Positions 26,596-34,804 are shown, counted from the stretch's first letter. The stretch is 36,593 nt of DNA from an uncultured Solirubrobacteraceae bacterium (GCA_902806215.1 CADCVT010000137.1:1-36593); one strand, 5' to 3'. The notes: a model not told the origin generated them from the letters alone. A program made the numbers and translations.

Positions 26596-29500
26596 ATGCC
26601 GCTCGAAGCCCGCCTGCTCACCGGCCTCGCTCTCGCGCTCGCTCTCGTCTACTGGACGACGCCGATCGCGATCCGCGTCGCGCACCGGTTCGAGTTCTAC
26701 GACAAGCCGATCGGCTACAAGGGCCATCGCGCCCCCACGCCCTACCTCGGCGGCAGCGCCGTCGTGCTCGGGTTCGTCGCCACGGTGCTCGCGCTCACCG
26801 GCGACTGGCAGCGCACGACGCCGCTGGTTGCCGGGGTCCTCGTGCTCTGGGTCGTCGGCACCGTCGACGACCGGCGACAGGTCGCGCCGGGCTACCGCGT
26901 GGCCGTCGAGTGCGCCATAGCCGCAGCGCTCTGGGCGACCGACCTCGGCTGGTCGCTCGGCCTGGGAGACGGCGTCGACTTGGTCGTCACGACGCTCTGG
27001 ATCGTCGGCGTCGTCAACGCCTTCAACCTGTTCGACAACCTCGATGGCGCGGCCAGCACGATGGCGCTCGTCGTCGCGTCCGCCGTGGCCGTCCTCGGCG
27101 TCGTCGACGGTGACGTCTGGGTCGCCGTCACGGCCGCCGCGCTGTGCGGTGCGTGCATCGGCTTCCTCCCGCACAACTTGGCGCTGCCCGGCGCCCGCAT
27201 CTTCCTCGGCGACGGCGGCAGCATGCCTGTCGGCTTCGCCGTGGCGGCGCTCGTGATGATCGGCGCGTCGAGCGCGGCGGCAGAGTGGCAAGCGCTCGTC
27301 CTGGGGCTGCTGCTCGTCGGCATCCCGGCCCTGGACACGACGCTTGTCGTCGTCTCGCGCCGTCGCCGCGGGATCTCGCTGCTCACCGGTGGGCGCGACC
27401 ACCTCACGCACCGCACGCTCGAGCGCGTCCGCACGGCCCGCGCCGTCGCGGTCGCCCTCGGCGGCACGCAGGCGCTGCTGGCGGCCCTGGCGATCGTCTC
27501 GGTCCGCGGGGGATCCTTGCTGCTCGTCGTCGCCGTCGCGCTCTACCTCGCGGGGGTCGTCACTGCGATCGCCGTCCTCGACGCGCCGGGTGCCAGGCCG
27601 GAGCCGACCGGGGCGCGGCCGGGCGCGACGTCGATGGAGGCGCCCGGCCGCGGGCCGCTCCTCCCGTGGGCGGCGCTCGCGCTCGCGCCGCTCGGGCTCG
27701 CCATGGCGCTCAGCCCATTCGCGGGCGGCTTCTACGACTCGGACGTGTGGACGCCCGCGGGGGTCGTCCTGTGCATCCTGCTGATCACGACGATCGTCGC
27801 TCGGACCGGCACGCTGCCGCGGCCCGCCATCGCCGCCGTCGGGCTGCTCGCGGCGCTCGCGGCCTGGTCGCTGGCCTCGGCGAGCTGGGCGGACTCGGTG
27901 GAGCAGGCCGTCGTCACCGGAAACCGCTGGGCGGTCTACGCGGTCCTCCTGGGGCTGCTCGTCGCGCTCGTCCGGAACGAGCACGCCTTCACCTGGCTGC
28001 TGGCGTCGGTCGCGGTTGGCGTCCTCGTCGTCGCGGCGGTCGTCGTCGCGCGCCTCCTCGACGGCAACGGCGAGGCGCTGCTCATCTCGGGGCGGCTCGA
28101 GGAACCCCTCGGCTACGCCAACGCGCAGGCGAGCGTGTTCCTCCTCGGCCTGTGGCCGTGCATGGCGCTCGCCGAGCAGCGCCGGAGTGCAGCGCTCGCG
28201 GCGGTCGGCATGACCGGCGCGACCCTCCTCGCGGCGATGATCGTGCTGTCCCAGTCGCGCGGCGTCACCATCGCTGCGATCGCGTCGGCCGCAGTCGTGT
28301 TCGCGTTCGTCCCCGGCCGCGTGCGCAGGGCCTTGGCGTTCGGGGTCCTCGGGCTGTGCCTGCTGCCCGCGTTGTCCGCCCTGCTCGACGTGTTCCCGAT
28401 CGGGCTGCGGGGCCGTGTCCCGGCCGACGTCCTGCAGGACGCCGGCACGGTCGCGCTGCTGTCGGCCGGCGCGGCCGGTCTGCTGTGGCTCGCCGCGAGC
28501 GCCGGCGCCGCCCGGCTGCACCGGCTGCAGTCGCCCGCGGTGGCCTGGACGCGGCGGGCGGTCGCGGCGGGGATCGGGCTCGCGGCGCTCCTGGCCGCGC
28601 TCGTGGCGGTCGTGTCGTTCGGCGAGGTCCGCGGCTATGTCGACCGCCAGTACGACGCCTTCGTGACGGTTGGCGGCGCGACCGGCGAGCCGACGGCGTC
28701 GCGTCTGGCCTCGGGCTCGGGCAACCGGTACGACTACTGGCGCATCGCCGTACGCGCCTGGCATGAGGACGAACTGCGCGGGATAGGCGCCGGGAGCTAC
28801 GACCGCCTGTACTTCGCGCAGCGGACCACGACCGAGGACATCCGCCAGCCGCACAGCCTCCAGCTCCAGACGCTGGCCGAGACCGGGCTCGTCGGGCTCC
28901 TCCTGCTCGCCGCGTTCCTGATCGCGGTCGCGGTCGGCGCGAGACGGCACATCGCCGCTGCGCGACGCGTGCGCTCGCGGGCGCCGTTCCTGACGGCGTC
29001 GGTCGGCGTCTTCGTCGCGTGGCTCGTGCACACGAGCGTCGACTGGCTGCACCTGCTCCCCGGCCTCACCGGTATCGCGCTCGCCGCGGCCGCAGTCCTC
29101 CTGGCTCGGCCGGACCACGAGGCCGCGGAGGCGCGGGGCGTCGTCGCGCCCGCGTCGCCGCGGCGGCGGGCGCCGCAGCTGGCCCTCGTCGGGCTCGGCG
29201 CGCTCGCGCTGATGGCGAGTGCGGTCAGCCTCAGCCGGCAGGCGCTCGCCGAGCACTATCGCGATCAGGCGCAGTCGGCGCTCGCGACCCGGCCGGCGGA
29301 GGCGCTCGAGAGGTCCAATCGCTCGCTCCGCCTCGACGCCGACGCGGTGCCGACCTATTACGCCAAGGCCGCCGCGCTGGCGCGGCTGGGCGAGGGCGCG
29401 GCCGCCGAGCGCGTTCTCACGGATGCCACGCGGCGGGAGCCGGCCGACTTCGTGACGTGGGCGCTGCTGGGCGACCTCGCCGTCCGGCGCGGCGACCTGT

Positions 29501-29625
29501 CCCGGGCGCAGCGCCACTACCGTCGCGCCTCGAGCCTCAACCCGCGCGACCCGGGGCTGCGGGCGCTGGCCGACGACCCGCGCCTGGCGGCGCAGCGGCT
29601 GGCCGGCGCGGCTCCCACCGGATAG
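26596..29625 (+). CDS. Fusion protein: WecA/MraY-family polyprenyl-phosphate HexNAc-1-P transferase + O-antigen ligase/O-OTase-like (Wzy_C) domain + C-terminal TPRs (~1009 aa)
   Basis: One uninterrupted frame. N-terminal part: YDKP..KGHRAPTPYLGG, GTVDDRR, VNAFNLFDNLDG, RIFLGDGGS, GGRDHLTHR. Middle: GRLEEPLGYANA, LSQSRG, NRYDYWRIA..GIGAGSY, QPHSLQLQTLAETGLVG, LVHTSVDW. C-terminal: A/L-rich helical TPR pattern ending YRRASSLNPRD. Confidence 0.88.
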   Translation: MPLEARLLTGLALALALVYWTTPIAIRVAHRFEFYDKPIGYKGHRAPTPYLGGSAVVLGFVATVLALTGDWQRTTPLVAGVLVLWVVGTVDDRRQVAPGYRVAVECAIAAALWATDLGWSLGLGDGVDLVVTTLWIVGVVNAFNLFDNLDGAASTMALVVASAVAVLGVVDGDVWVAVTAAALCGACIGFLPHNLALPGARIFLGDGGSMPVGFAVAALVMIGASSAAAEWQALVLGLLLVGIPALDTTLVVVSRRRRGISLLTGGRDHLTHRTLERVRTARAVAVALGGTQALLAALAIVSVRGGSLLLVVAVALYLAGVVTAIAVLDAPGARPEPTGARPGATSMEAPGRGPLLPWAALALAPLGLAMALSPFAGGFYDSDVWTPAGVVLCILLITTIVARTGTLPRPAIAAVGLLAALAAWSLASASWADSVEQAVVTGNRWAVYAVLLGLLVALVRNEHAFTWLLASVAVGVLVVAAVVVARLLDGNGEALLISGRLEEPLGYANAQASVFLLGLWPCMALAEQRRSAALAAVGMTGATLLAAMIVLSQSRGVTIAAIASAAVVFAFVPGRVRRALAFGVLGLCLLPALSALLDVFPIGLRGRVPADVLQDAGTVALLSAGAAGLLWLAASAGAARLHRLQSPAVAWTRRAVAAGIGLAALLAALVAVVSFGEVRGYVDRQYDAFVTVGGATGEPTASRLASGSGNRYDYWRIAVRAWHEDELRGIGAGSYDRLYFAQRTTTEDIRQPHSLQLQTLAETGLVGLLLLAAFLIAVAVGARRHIAAARRVRSRAPFLTASVGVFVAWLVHTSVDWLHLLPGLTGIALAAAAVLLARPDHEAAEARGVVAPASPRRRAPQLALVGLGALALMASAVSLSRQALAEHYRDQAQSALATRPAEALERSNRSLRLDADAVPTYYAKAAALARLGEGAAAERVLTDATRREPADFVTWALLGDLAVRRGDLSRAQRHYRRASSLNPRDPGLRALADDPRLAAQRLAGAAPTG

Positions 29626-29650
29626 CGGAGGCGTGTCGCGAGCGAGCGGC

Positions 29651-29656
29651 CATACT
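29651..29656 (+). promoter_or_regulatory. Putative -10 box (CATACT), leaderless
   Basis: 6 nt upstream of ATG 29663. Confidence 0.45.
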
Positions 29657-29662
29657 GGACTG

Positions 29663-30172
29663 ATGCGACGCTGCCGCCGGAGCCTGCTTGCCGCCCTCGT
29701 CCTCCTCGCGCTCGGGGTCGCGGACGCCTCGGCGCAGGAGGACGGAGTCACGGTGGACCCGGACTCTCCGAGCGGCAAGGAGTACGCGATCCCGCTGGAC
29801 CGTGCCCGCCGCGACGCCTCGCCAACGCCGCGCGGCGAGGCGCCCCAGGCCCCGCTCTTCGGCGAGGGAGTTGGTGATCGTCCCGCGGGCGGCGACGGCG
29901 GTGCCGCCGCCGCGGGAGGCTCCGCGCCCGGAGCGTCCGGTGACCGCAATGGCGACGGCAGCGCGGGCGACGGCGGGACCGCGGAGGGCGGCGCCGGCGA
30001 GAACGGCTCGGCGGCACCCGGTGACGACGAGGCGACGCCGGAGGCCCTCCGCGCGCAGGTGCCGACGCCCGGTGCCGCGACCGGCACCCTGGCACTCATC
30101 GGCGGAGGCAGCGGGATCGCGCTGCTCGTCGGCGGCCTGGCCGGCCTCGCGCTGCGCCGGCGCTCGCAGTGA
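29663..30172 (+). CDS. Secreted low-complexity protein with C-terminal membrane anchor
   Basis: Signal peptide MRRCRRSLLAALVLLALGVADASA, short motif VDPDSPSGKEYAIPL, G/A/D/S/P-rich linker, then VPTPG, a hydrophobic TM and RRRSQ. Confidence 0.78.
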   Translation: MRRCRRSLLAALVLLALGVADASAQEDGVTVDPDSPSGKEYAIPLDRARRDASPTPRGEAPQAPLFGEGVGDRPAGGDGGAAAAGGSAPGASGDRNGDGSAGDGGTAEGGAGENGSAAPGDDEATPEALRAQVPTPGAATGTLALIGGGSGIALLVGGLAGLALRRRSQ

Positions 30173-30182
30173 CGCCGCTGCT

Positions 30183-31268
30183 TCAGCCGCGCCTGAAAGC
30201 GTCGAACGCCGGCTTGCGCCGGCCGTTCGCGTCAAGGAGCCCCCAGCGGATCTCGTCGCGCTGCGCGTTCGGCTGCTCGTCGTAGAGGCCGAGGTAGCCG
30301 AATGTGTAGATCCGCTTCCAGCCTCGTGCGACCCGCAGCGCGGAGCTGATCCAGCTCGCCTGCGTCCGGCGTGTGACGAAGAAGTTGAACTCGCGGTTGC
30401 GGCGGTCGGTCGGCAGCGAGTACTCCGACAGGAAGAGCCGCAGCTTCTTGCCGCGCCCCACGCGGTAGCGGTCGAGCCACCGGGCGAGCGTGTCGAGGTC
30501 GCCGAAGTCGGCGAAGCCGTTGCCGAGCGGGCTTGCTCGCAGGTCCGGGCGCCGGAGCGAGAACGGGTTGTGGCCGTAGAGGTCCATACGCGGCGCGCGA
30601 CCGTTCGGAAGGCGCATCGCCCGGATGAAGTTCAGCGGGCGGACCGTTCCGACGGTGTACGTGTTGCCGCCGATCACCAGGTTGGCGCGGTTGAGCGCCT
30701 TCAGCCGTCCGTACGCCTCGTCGAGGAGTTGCGCGTACAATCGCGGCCCGCGCGCGCCGCTTCCACGCAGAGGCCCCTTCCTGTCGCTCTGGAGGGGCTG
30801 GAAGTTGCTCTCCTTCGACGGTTCGCCCCAGATCATCCAGTGCCGCACGCCGGGGTACCGGCGGGCAGCGGCCTCGAGGAAGTCGGCGTAGTCCTTCGGA
30901 TCGTTGGGCGTCCACCGCGCGTCGCGCCCTCCGTTGGCCCAGCGCGGCGTGCTCGTGACGAGCAGACTCACGCTCATCCCATGGCCCGGGGCCTGGGCGG
31001 CGGCGAGGTCGACGTCCGCCGGCCAGCGGTAGGCCGGGTCGGCCGGGTCCCGCGGCGTCGCCGGCCGTGCCGAGGCGATGGCGCTCCACGAGAGCGTCGT
31101 CTGGTACAGGCCGACCCCGAGATCGCGATAGATCGGGAACTGCGATTTCCCGTCGCGCACCACCGGGCCCCAGATCGCCTTCTTGCGCGACGGCGCGGCG
31201 TCCGCGATCGGCGTCACGGCGCCGCCGAACAGGGTGACCAGCAACAACCCGATCACGAGCACGCGCAT
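30183..31268 (-). CDS. Secreted clan GH-A glycoside hydrolase (GH5/GH39-like TIM barrel)
   Basis: Signal peptide MRVLVIGLLLVTLFGG..ADA, TPRWAN, AAARRY, WMIWGEP (acid/base), YGHNPF, LFLSEYS (nucleophile), WGLLDANGRRKPAFDAF. Confidence 0.8.
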   Translation of the reverse strand: MRVLVIGLLLVTLFGGAVTPIADAAPSRKKAIWGPVVRDGKSQFPIYRDLGVGLYQTTLSWSAIASARPATPRDPADPAYRWPADVDLAAAQAPGHGMSVSLLVTSTPRWANGGRDARWTPNDPKDYADFLEAAARRYPGVRHWMIWGEPSKESNFQPLQSDRKGPLRGSGARGPRLYAQLLDEAYGRLKALNRANLVIGGNTYTVGTVRPLNFIRAMRLPNGRAPRMDLYGHNPFSLRRPDLRASPLGNGFADFGDLDTLARWLDRYRVGRGKKLRLFLSEYSLPTDRRNREFNFFVTRRTQASWISSALRVARGWKRIYTFGYLGLYDEQPNAQRDEIRWGLLDANGRRKPAFDAFRRG

Positions 31269-31275
31269 CTGTGCC

Positions 31276-31281
31276 ACTGTA
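31276..31281 (-). promoter_or_regulatory. Putative -10 box (TACAGT), leaderless
   Basis: Exactly 7 nt upstream of ATG 31268, which argues against the GTG 31277 start in the ORF track. Confidence 0.6.
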
Positions 31282-31437
31282 ACTGGGGGAATCGCTCGCC
31301 CGACCGCATCGCACAGGGATGTGGCGTGTTTGCGGTTTCGATAGGGTAGAAAAATTGGTCAGTCAGCTGTCACGCGGGGGGCGGGCGGTGGGTCTCACAG
31401 CAGAGCGAGCGTCGAGTTCGCCCAATGGAGGAACGTT

Positions 31438-32007
31438 TTGAAGAGGCAAGTGACAGCAGTCGTCGTGGTCTTCGGCGCAGGCGCCGGTGCGCTCGCGGGC
31501 GGCGGTGCGTTCGCCGGGGCGCAGCAGCAGGCCCAGCAGCCGCCGGTCCAGTCGCAGCCGGCGGTGCGCCAGGCGCCGCGGAACGTGACGATCAACGTCA
31601 ACCCTCGGGTTGATCGCCGGCGCCCGTGGCGGTTCACGGTCTCCGGCCGGGTCAACCTGCCGGCGCCGGGCCTGGTGTGCCCGCCCGGACAGACCAGCGG
31701 CTACTACTGCCTGCCACTGGCGCGCGAGCGTGCCTGCGATCGGGCTAGGGTCGCCATCCGCTTCAAGGGCGGACCGCGCACCCGCCAGACGATCTCGACA
31801 CGGCGGTACCGCACCCGGATCGGGGGGACTGCGCAGCAGCTTCCGTTCTGCACGTATCGCGGCACCGTGTCGTTCAACGTGGCGCGCCGCCTGCGGCCGA
31901 CAGGGCGCGTGCAGGTCGACGTCCGTTTCCTCGGCAACGCGTACTACGGGCAGAAGTCGAGCCCGCGGCGGACCGCTCGCGCCGTCGGCGTGGGCCGCAG
32001 GCGCTAG
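31438..32007 (+). CDS. Secreted, very basic hypothetical protein
   Basis: GGAGG RBS at 31427-31431 with a TTG start; signal peptide, Gln/Pro linker, Arg-rich beta domain with 4 Cys (WRFTVSGRV..VRFLGNAY); followed by a terminator. Confidence 0.8.
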   Translation: MKRQVTAVVVVFGAGAGALAGGGAFAGAQQQAQQPPVQSQPAVRQAPRNVTINVNPRVDRRRPWRFTVSGRVNLPAPGLVCPPGQTSGYYCLPLARERACDRARVAIRFKGGPRTRQTISTRRYRTRIGGTAQQLPFCTYRGTVSFNVARRLRPTGRVQVDVRFLGNAYYGQKSSPRRTARAVGVGRRR

Positions 32008-32032
32008 CACGCCGCCAGAACGACGCTCTCGA

Positions 32033-32067
32033 CGAACGGCCCGCCTCGGCGGGCCGTTCGCGTTCTT
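32033..32067 (+). terminator. Intrinsic terminator hairpin
   Basis: Perfect 12-bp stem cgaacggcccgc/gcgggccgttcg with a CTCG loop, followed by cgttctt, 25 nt after stop 32007. Confidence 0.8.
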
Positions 32068-32095
32068 GCCCTGCGCGCTCTGGATGCAAGAGCCT

Positions 32096-32101
32096 TAGCC
32101 T
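32096..32101 (+). promoter_or_regulatory. Putative -10 box (TAGCCT), leaderless
   Basis: 7 nt upstream of GTG 32109 and just downstream of a terminator. Confidence 0.6.
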
Positions 32102-32108
32102 CCCTCGG

Positions 32109-33050
32109 GTGGAGCGTGAACGTCAGGTGAGGTCGCGGCACCGGCGGGTGCTCGAGACGCTGCGCGTGGACGCCGTGATCCGCGAGGTCTTCGACGCGCT
32201 CCGGACCCAAGGCATGCGGCCGATCCTGCTCAAGGGGCCGGTCATCGCGGCCTGGCTCTACGAGCAGCCCGGCGACCGCCTCTACGTGGACGGCGACGTC
32301 ATGGTCGCCCCCGCGCAACTCGCCGAGAGCGAGCGCGTGCTGCGCTCGCTCGGCTTCACGCCCGACCACTTCGGCCTCACCCGCGATTCGAGGGAGTGGC
32401 GCCGCGGGACGGCGCAGATCGACCTCCACACGTCCATCACGGGCATCGGCGTGGAACCCGAGCGTGCGTGGAAGCTGCTGACAGCCGATACGTCGTCCGC
32501 GGTCGTCGGCGGGACCACGGCCGTCGAGGCGCTCGCGGAGCCGGCGCGCGCGCTGCATCTCGCGCTGCACGTCGCCCAGCACGCGTCCGCCGTTGCCAAG
32601 CCGCGGGAGGATCTCGAGCGGGCGCTCGCGATGGTTCCGCAGGAGACCTGGGAGGCCGCGGCAACGCTCGCCGAGCAACTCGACGCGCAACCGGCGTTCA
32701 CGACCGGACTGCGGCGCGTCGACGGCGGCCAGGCCGTCCTCGACCGCTTGCGTCTCCGCCCCGTGGCCACGCCGATGATCGTGCTCCTCGAGCACGGGGC
32801 GCCTCCGGGCGCGATGGGCCTTACGCAGATCTCGTCGGCGCGCGTGCGGGATCTGCCGGCCGAGATCGCTCGCGCGATCGTGCCGCCCGCCGCCTACATG
32901 CGCCGCGTCTGGCCCGGCCACCGCCCCGGCGCGGCCGGGTTGGCGGCGGCGCACGTGCAGCGCTGGCTGCGGCTCACGCTCGGCCTGCCGGTCGCCCTCT
33001 CTTCCTGGCGTGCCGCCCGGCGCTCGGCGGCGGAGCCCCACCGGCCGTGA
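32109..33050 (+). CDS. Uncharacterised nucleotidyltransferase family protein (NTP_transf_5-like)
   Basis: PILLKGPVIAAWLY..RLYVDGDVMV (LKG..Y..R..DxD), LRSLGF, IDLH, LHLALHVAQH. Confidence 0.82.
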   Translation: MERERQVRSRHRRVLETLRVDAVIREVFDALRTQGMRPILLKGPVIAAWLYEQPGDRLYVDGDVMVAPAQLAESERVLRSLGFTPDHFGLTRDSREWRRGTAQIDLHTSITGIGVEPERAWKLLTADTSSAVVGGTTAVEALAEPARALHLALHVAQHASAVAKPREDLERALAMVPQETWEAAATLAEQLDAQPAFTTGLRRVDGGQAVLDRLRLRPVATPMIVLLEHGAPPGAMGLTQISSARVRDLPAEIARAIVPPAAYMRRVWPGHRPGAAGLAAAHVQRWLRLTLGLPVALSSWRAARRSAAEPHRP

Positions 33051-34804
33051 TCGCGACGCTGCGGCGGGGGTGGGCGACCGCGACGTTCGGCTCGCGCCGG
33101 CCTGGTCGGCGGGTGGCCGGTCTCGCATTGTGCGGGGTCGTCGGCGGCGTCGGCGAGTCGCTCGTGGTCGTGCTCGTCGTCGGGCTGGTGTCGCCTGGGA
33201 ACGGCGGGGGGCTGCCACTCGTCGGTGAGCTTCCGGAGACGTGGTCGGTCGCGGGTGCCGCGCTCGCGCTCGTGGTGGTGCTGGCCGCCGCGCACGCTGC
33301 GTCGGGATGGATCTCGGCCGCGGCGGCCCGCGACGTGCAGAGGACGGTGCAGCGTGAGCTGATGCAGGCCTACGTCGACGCCCCGTGGCCGGTGCAGTCG
33401 TCGGTCCGGGCCGGCGAGCTCCAGGAGCTCATCACCGTGCGGACCCAGATCCTCGCCTACGGGACGCAGGAGACCGCGCAGGCACTGAGCGCGGCGTTGA
33501 ACGTCATCGTCCTCGTCGTGGCGGCGGTCGCGCTCAGCCCGTTCGCGACCGTGGGCTTGATGCTCGCCGTCGGCACCGTGATCGCGCTGTCACTCCCGCT
33601 GCGTACGGTGCGGCGCGCGGCAGTCCGCGAGTCCGCCAACGCGCAGTCGTCACTCGCGATCGAGCTGACGGAGACGGCGTCACTTGTTCGTGAGGCGCGC
33701 GTGTTCGGCGTCGACGCGGTCGCGTCCGCGCGCGTCGGCGAGCAGATCGAGGACGCGGCCCGCAGGCAGGGACGGGTGCGGCTCGCTGCGACCGTGACCC
33801 CGCCGCTCACACGCGATGTCACCGTCGCGCTGATCGTCCTCGCGCTCGCCGTCGTGGTGTCGTCCGGTTCGGTCGACGCTGCGGTTCTCGGCGCGGCTGT
33901 CGTGCTCGTGCTGCGGGCGCTCTCCCACGCCCAGGCGCTGACCGCCTACGGGTTGAAGTGGACCGAGCGTGAGGAGGGGGTGCGGCGGATCCGCCTTCGG
34001 CTCGACGAATGGCGCGCGCCAGGCGCGCGCGGGACGCTCCCGTGCCCCAGCATCACCGAGGTCGCCTTGCGCGACGTCGGCTTCACGTATCCAGGTGCGG
34101 AGGCCGCCGCCCTCTCGGGCGTCGACCTGCGGCTGCAGCGCGGCGAGCTCGTCGGCGTCGTCGGCCGGACGGGCGGCGGCAAGTCCACGTTGGCCGGCAT
34201 CACCCTCGGCCTGCTCGTGCCGACGCGCGGCGAGGTCCTCGTCGACGGGTCGCCACTGCGCGAGATCGATCCGCGCGACTGGCACGCGCGCACCGCGTGG
34301 GTCGGCCAGGAACCGCGGCTGCTGACCGGCACGGTAGCCGAGAACATCCGCTTCCTGCGCGAGTGGGTCGACGACGCGGCCCTCGAGCGCGCGGCCCGGG
34401 ACGCGGGGCTTGCGGGCGAGCTCGCACTCGACCACCCCGTCGGACCCGGAGGCTCGGACGTCTCGGGCGGCCAGCGCCAGCGCATAGCGATCGCCCGGGC
34501 GCTCGCGAGCGACCCCGCAGTCGTCGTTCTCGACGAGCCGACCAGCGCGCTCGACCTGGCGACCGAGGCGACCGTCCGCGAAACGATCGAGCGCCTGCGG
34601 CACGATCGGATCGTCCTCGTGATCGCCCACCGGATGTCGACGGTGCGGAGCTGCGACCGCCTCGTCGTCCTCGAGGACGGACGGCTCAGCTCGCTGTCGG
34701 CCCCGGCTCAGCTCACGCACGCGGACGAGACCTGGCTACGCGACACCTTGTCGCCTCCGGCCACGCCGCACTCCGGCGCGCTCGATCGCACGGGCGAGTC
34801 TTGA
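33047..34804 (+). CDS. ABC transporter, fused permease + ATPase (MsbA/PglK-like exporter)
   Basis: GTGA overlap start. N-terminal ~6 TMs, Walker A GRTGGGKST, Q-loop VGQEP, signature VSGGQRQR, Walker B VVVLDEPTSALD, H-loop IAHR. Confidence 0.93.
   Translation: MIATLRRGWATATFGSRRPGRRVAGLALCGVVGGVGESLVVVLVVGLVSPGNGGGLPLVGELPETWSVAGAALALVVVLAAAHAASGWISAAAARDVQRTVQRELMQAYVDAPWPVQSSVRAGELQELITVRTQILAYGTQETAQALSAALNVIVLVVAAVALSPFATVGLMLAVGTVIALSLPLRTVRRAAVRESANAQSSLAIELTETASLVREARVFGVDAVASARVGEQIEDAARRQGRVRLAATVTPPLTRDVTVALIVLALAVVVSSGSVDAAVLGAAVVLVLRALSHAQALTAYGLKWTEREEGVRRIRLRLDEWRAPGARGTLPCPSITEVALRDVGFTYPGAEAAALSGVDLRLQRGELVGVVGRTGGGKSTLAGITLGLLVPTRGEVLVDGSPLREIDPRDWHARTAWVGQEPRLLTGTVAENIRFLREWVDDAALERAARDAGLAGELALDHPVGPGGSDVSGGQRQRIAIARALASDPAVVVLDEPTSALDLATEATVRETIERLRHDRIVLVIAHRMSTVRSCDRLVVLEDGRLSSLSAPAQLTHADETWLRDTLSPPATPHSGALDRTGES

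Noticed and set aside
32396..33046. N-terminal extension of the ABC transporter (802 aa)
   Set aside because: It is an off-frame overlap with the nucleotidyltransferase; the GTGA-coupled start at 33047 gives a normal 585-aa exporter.
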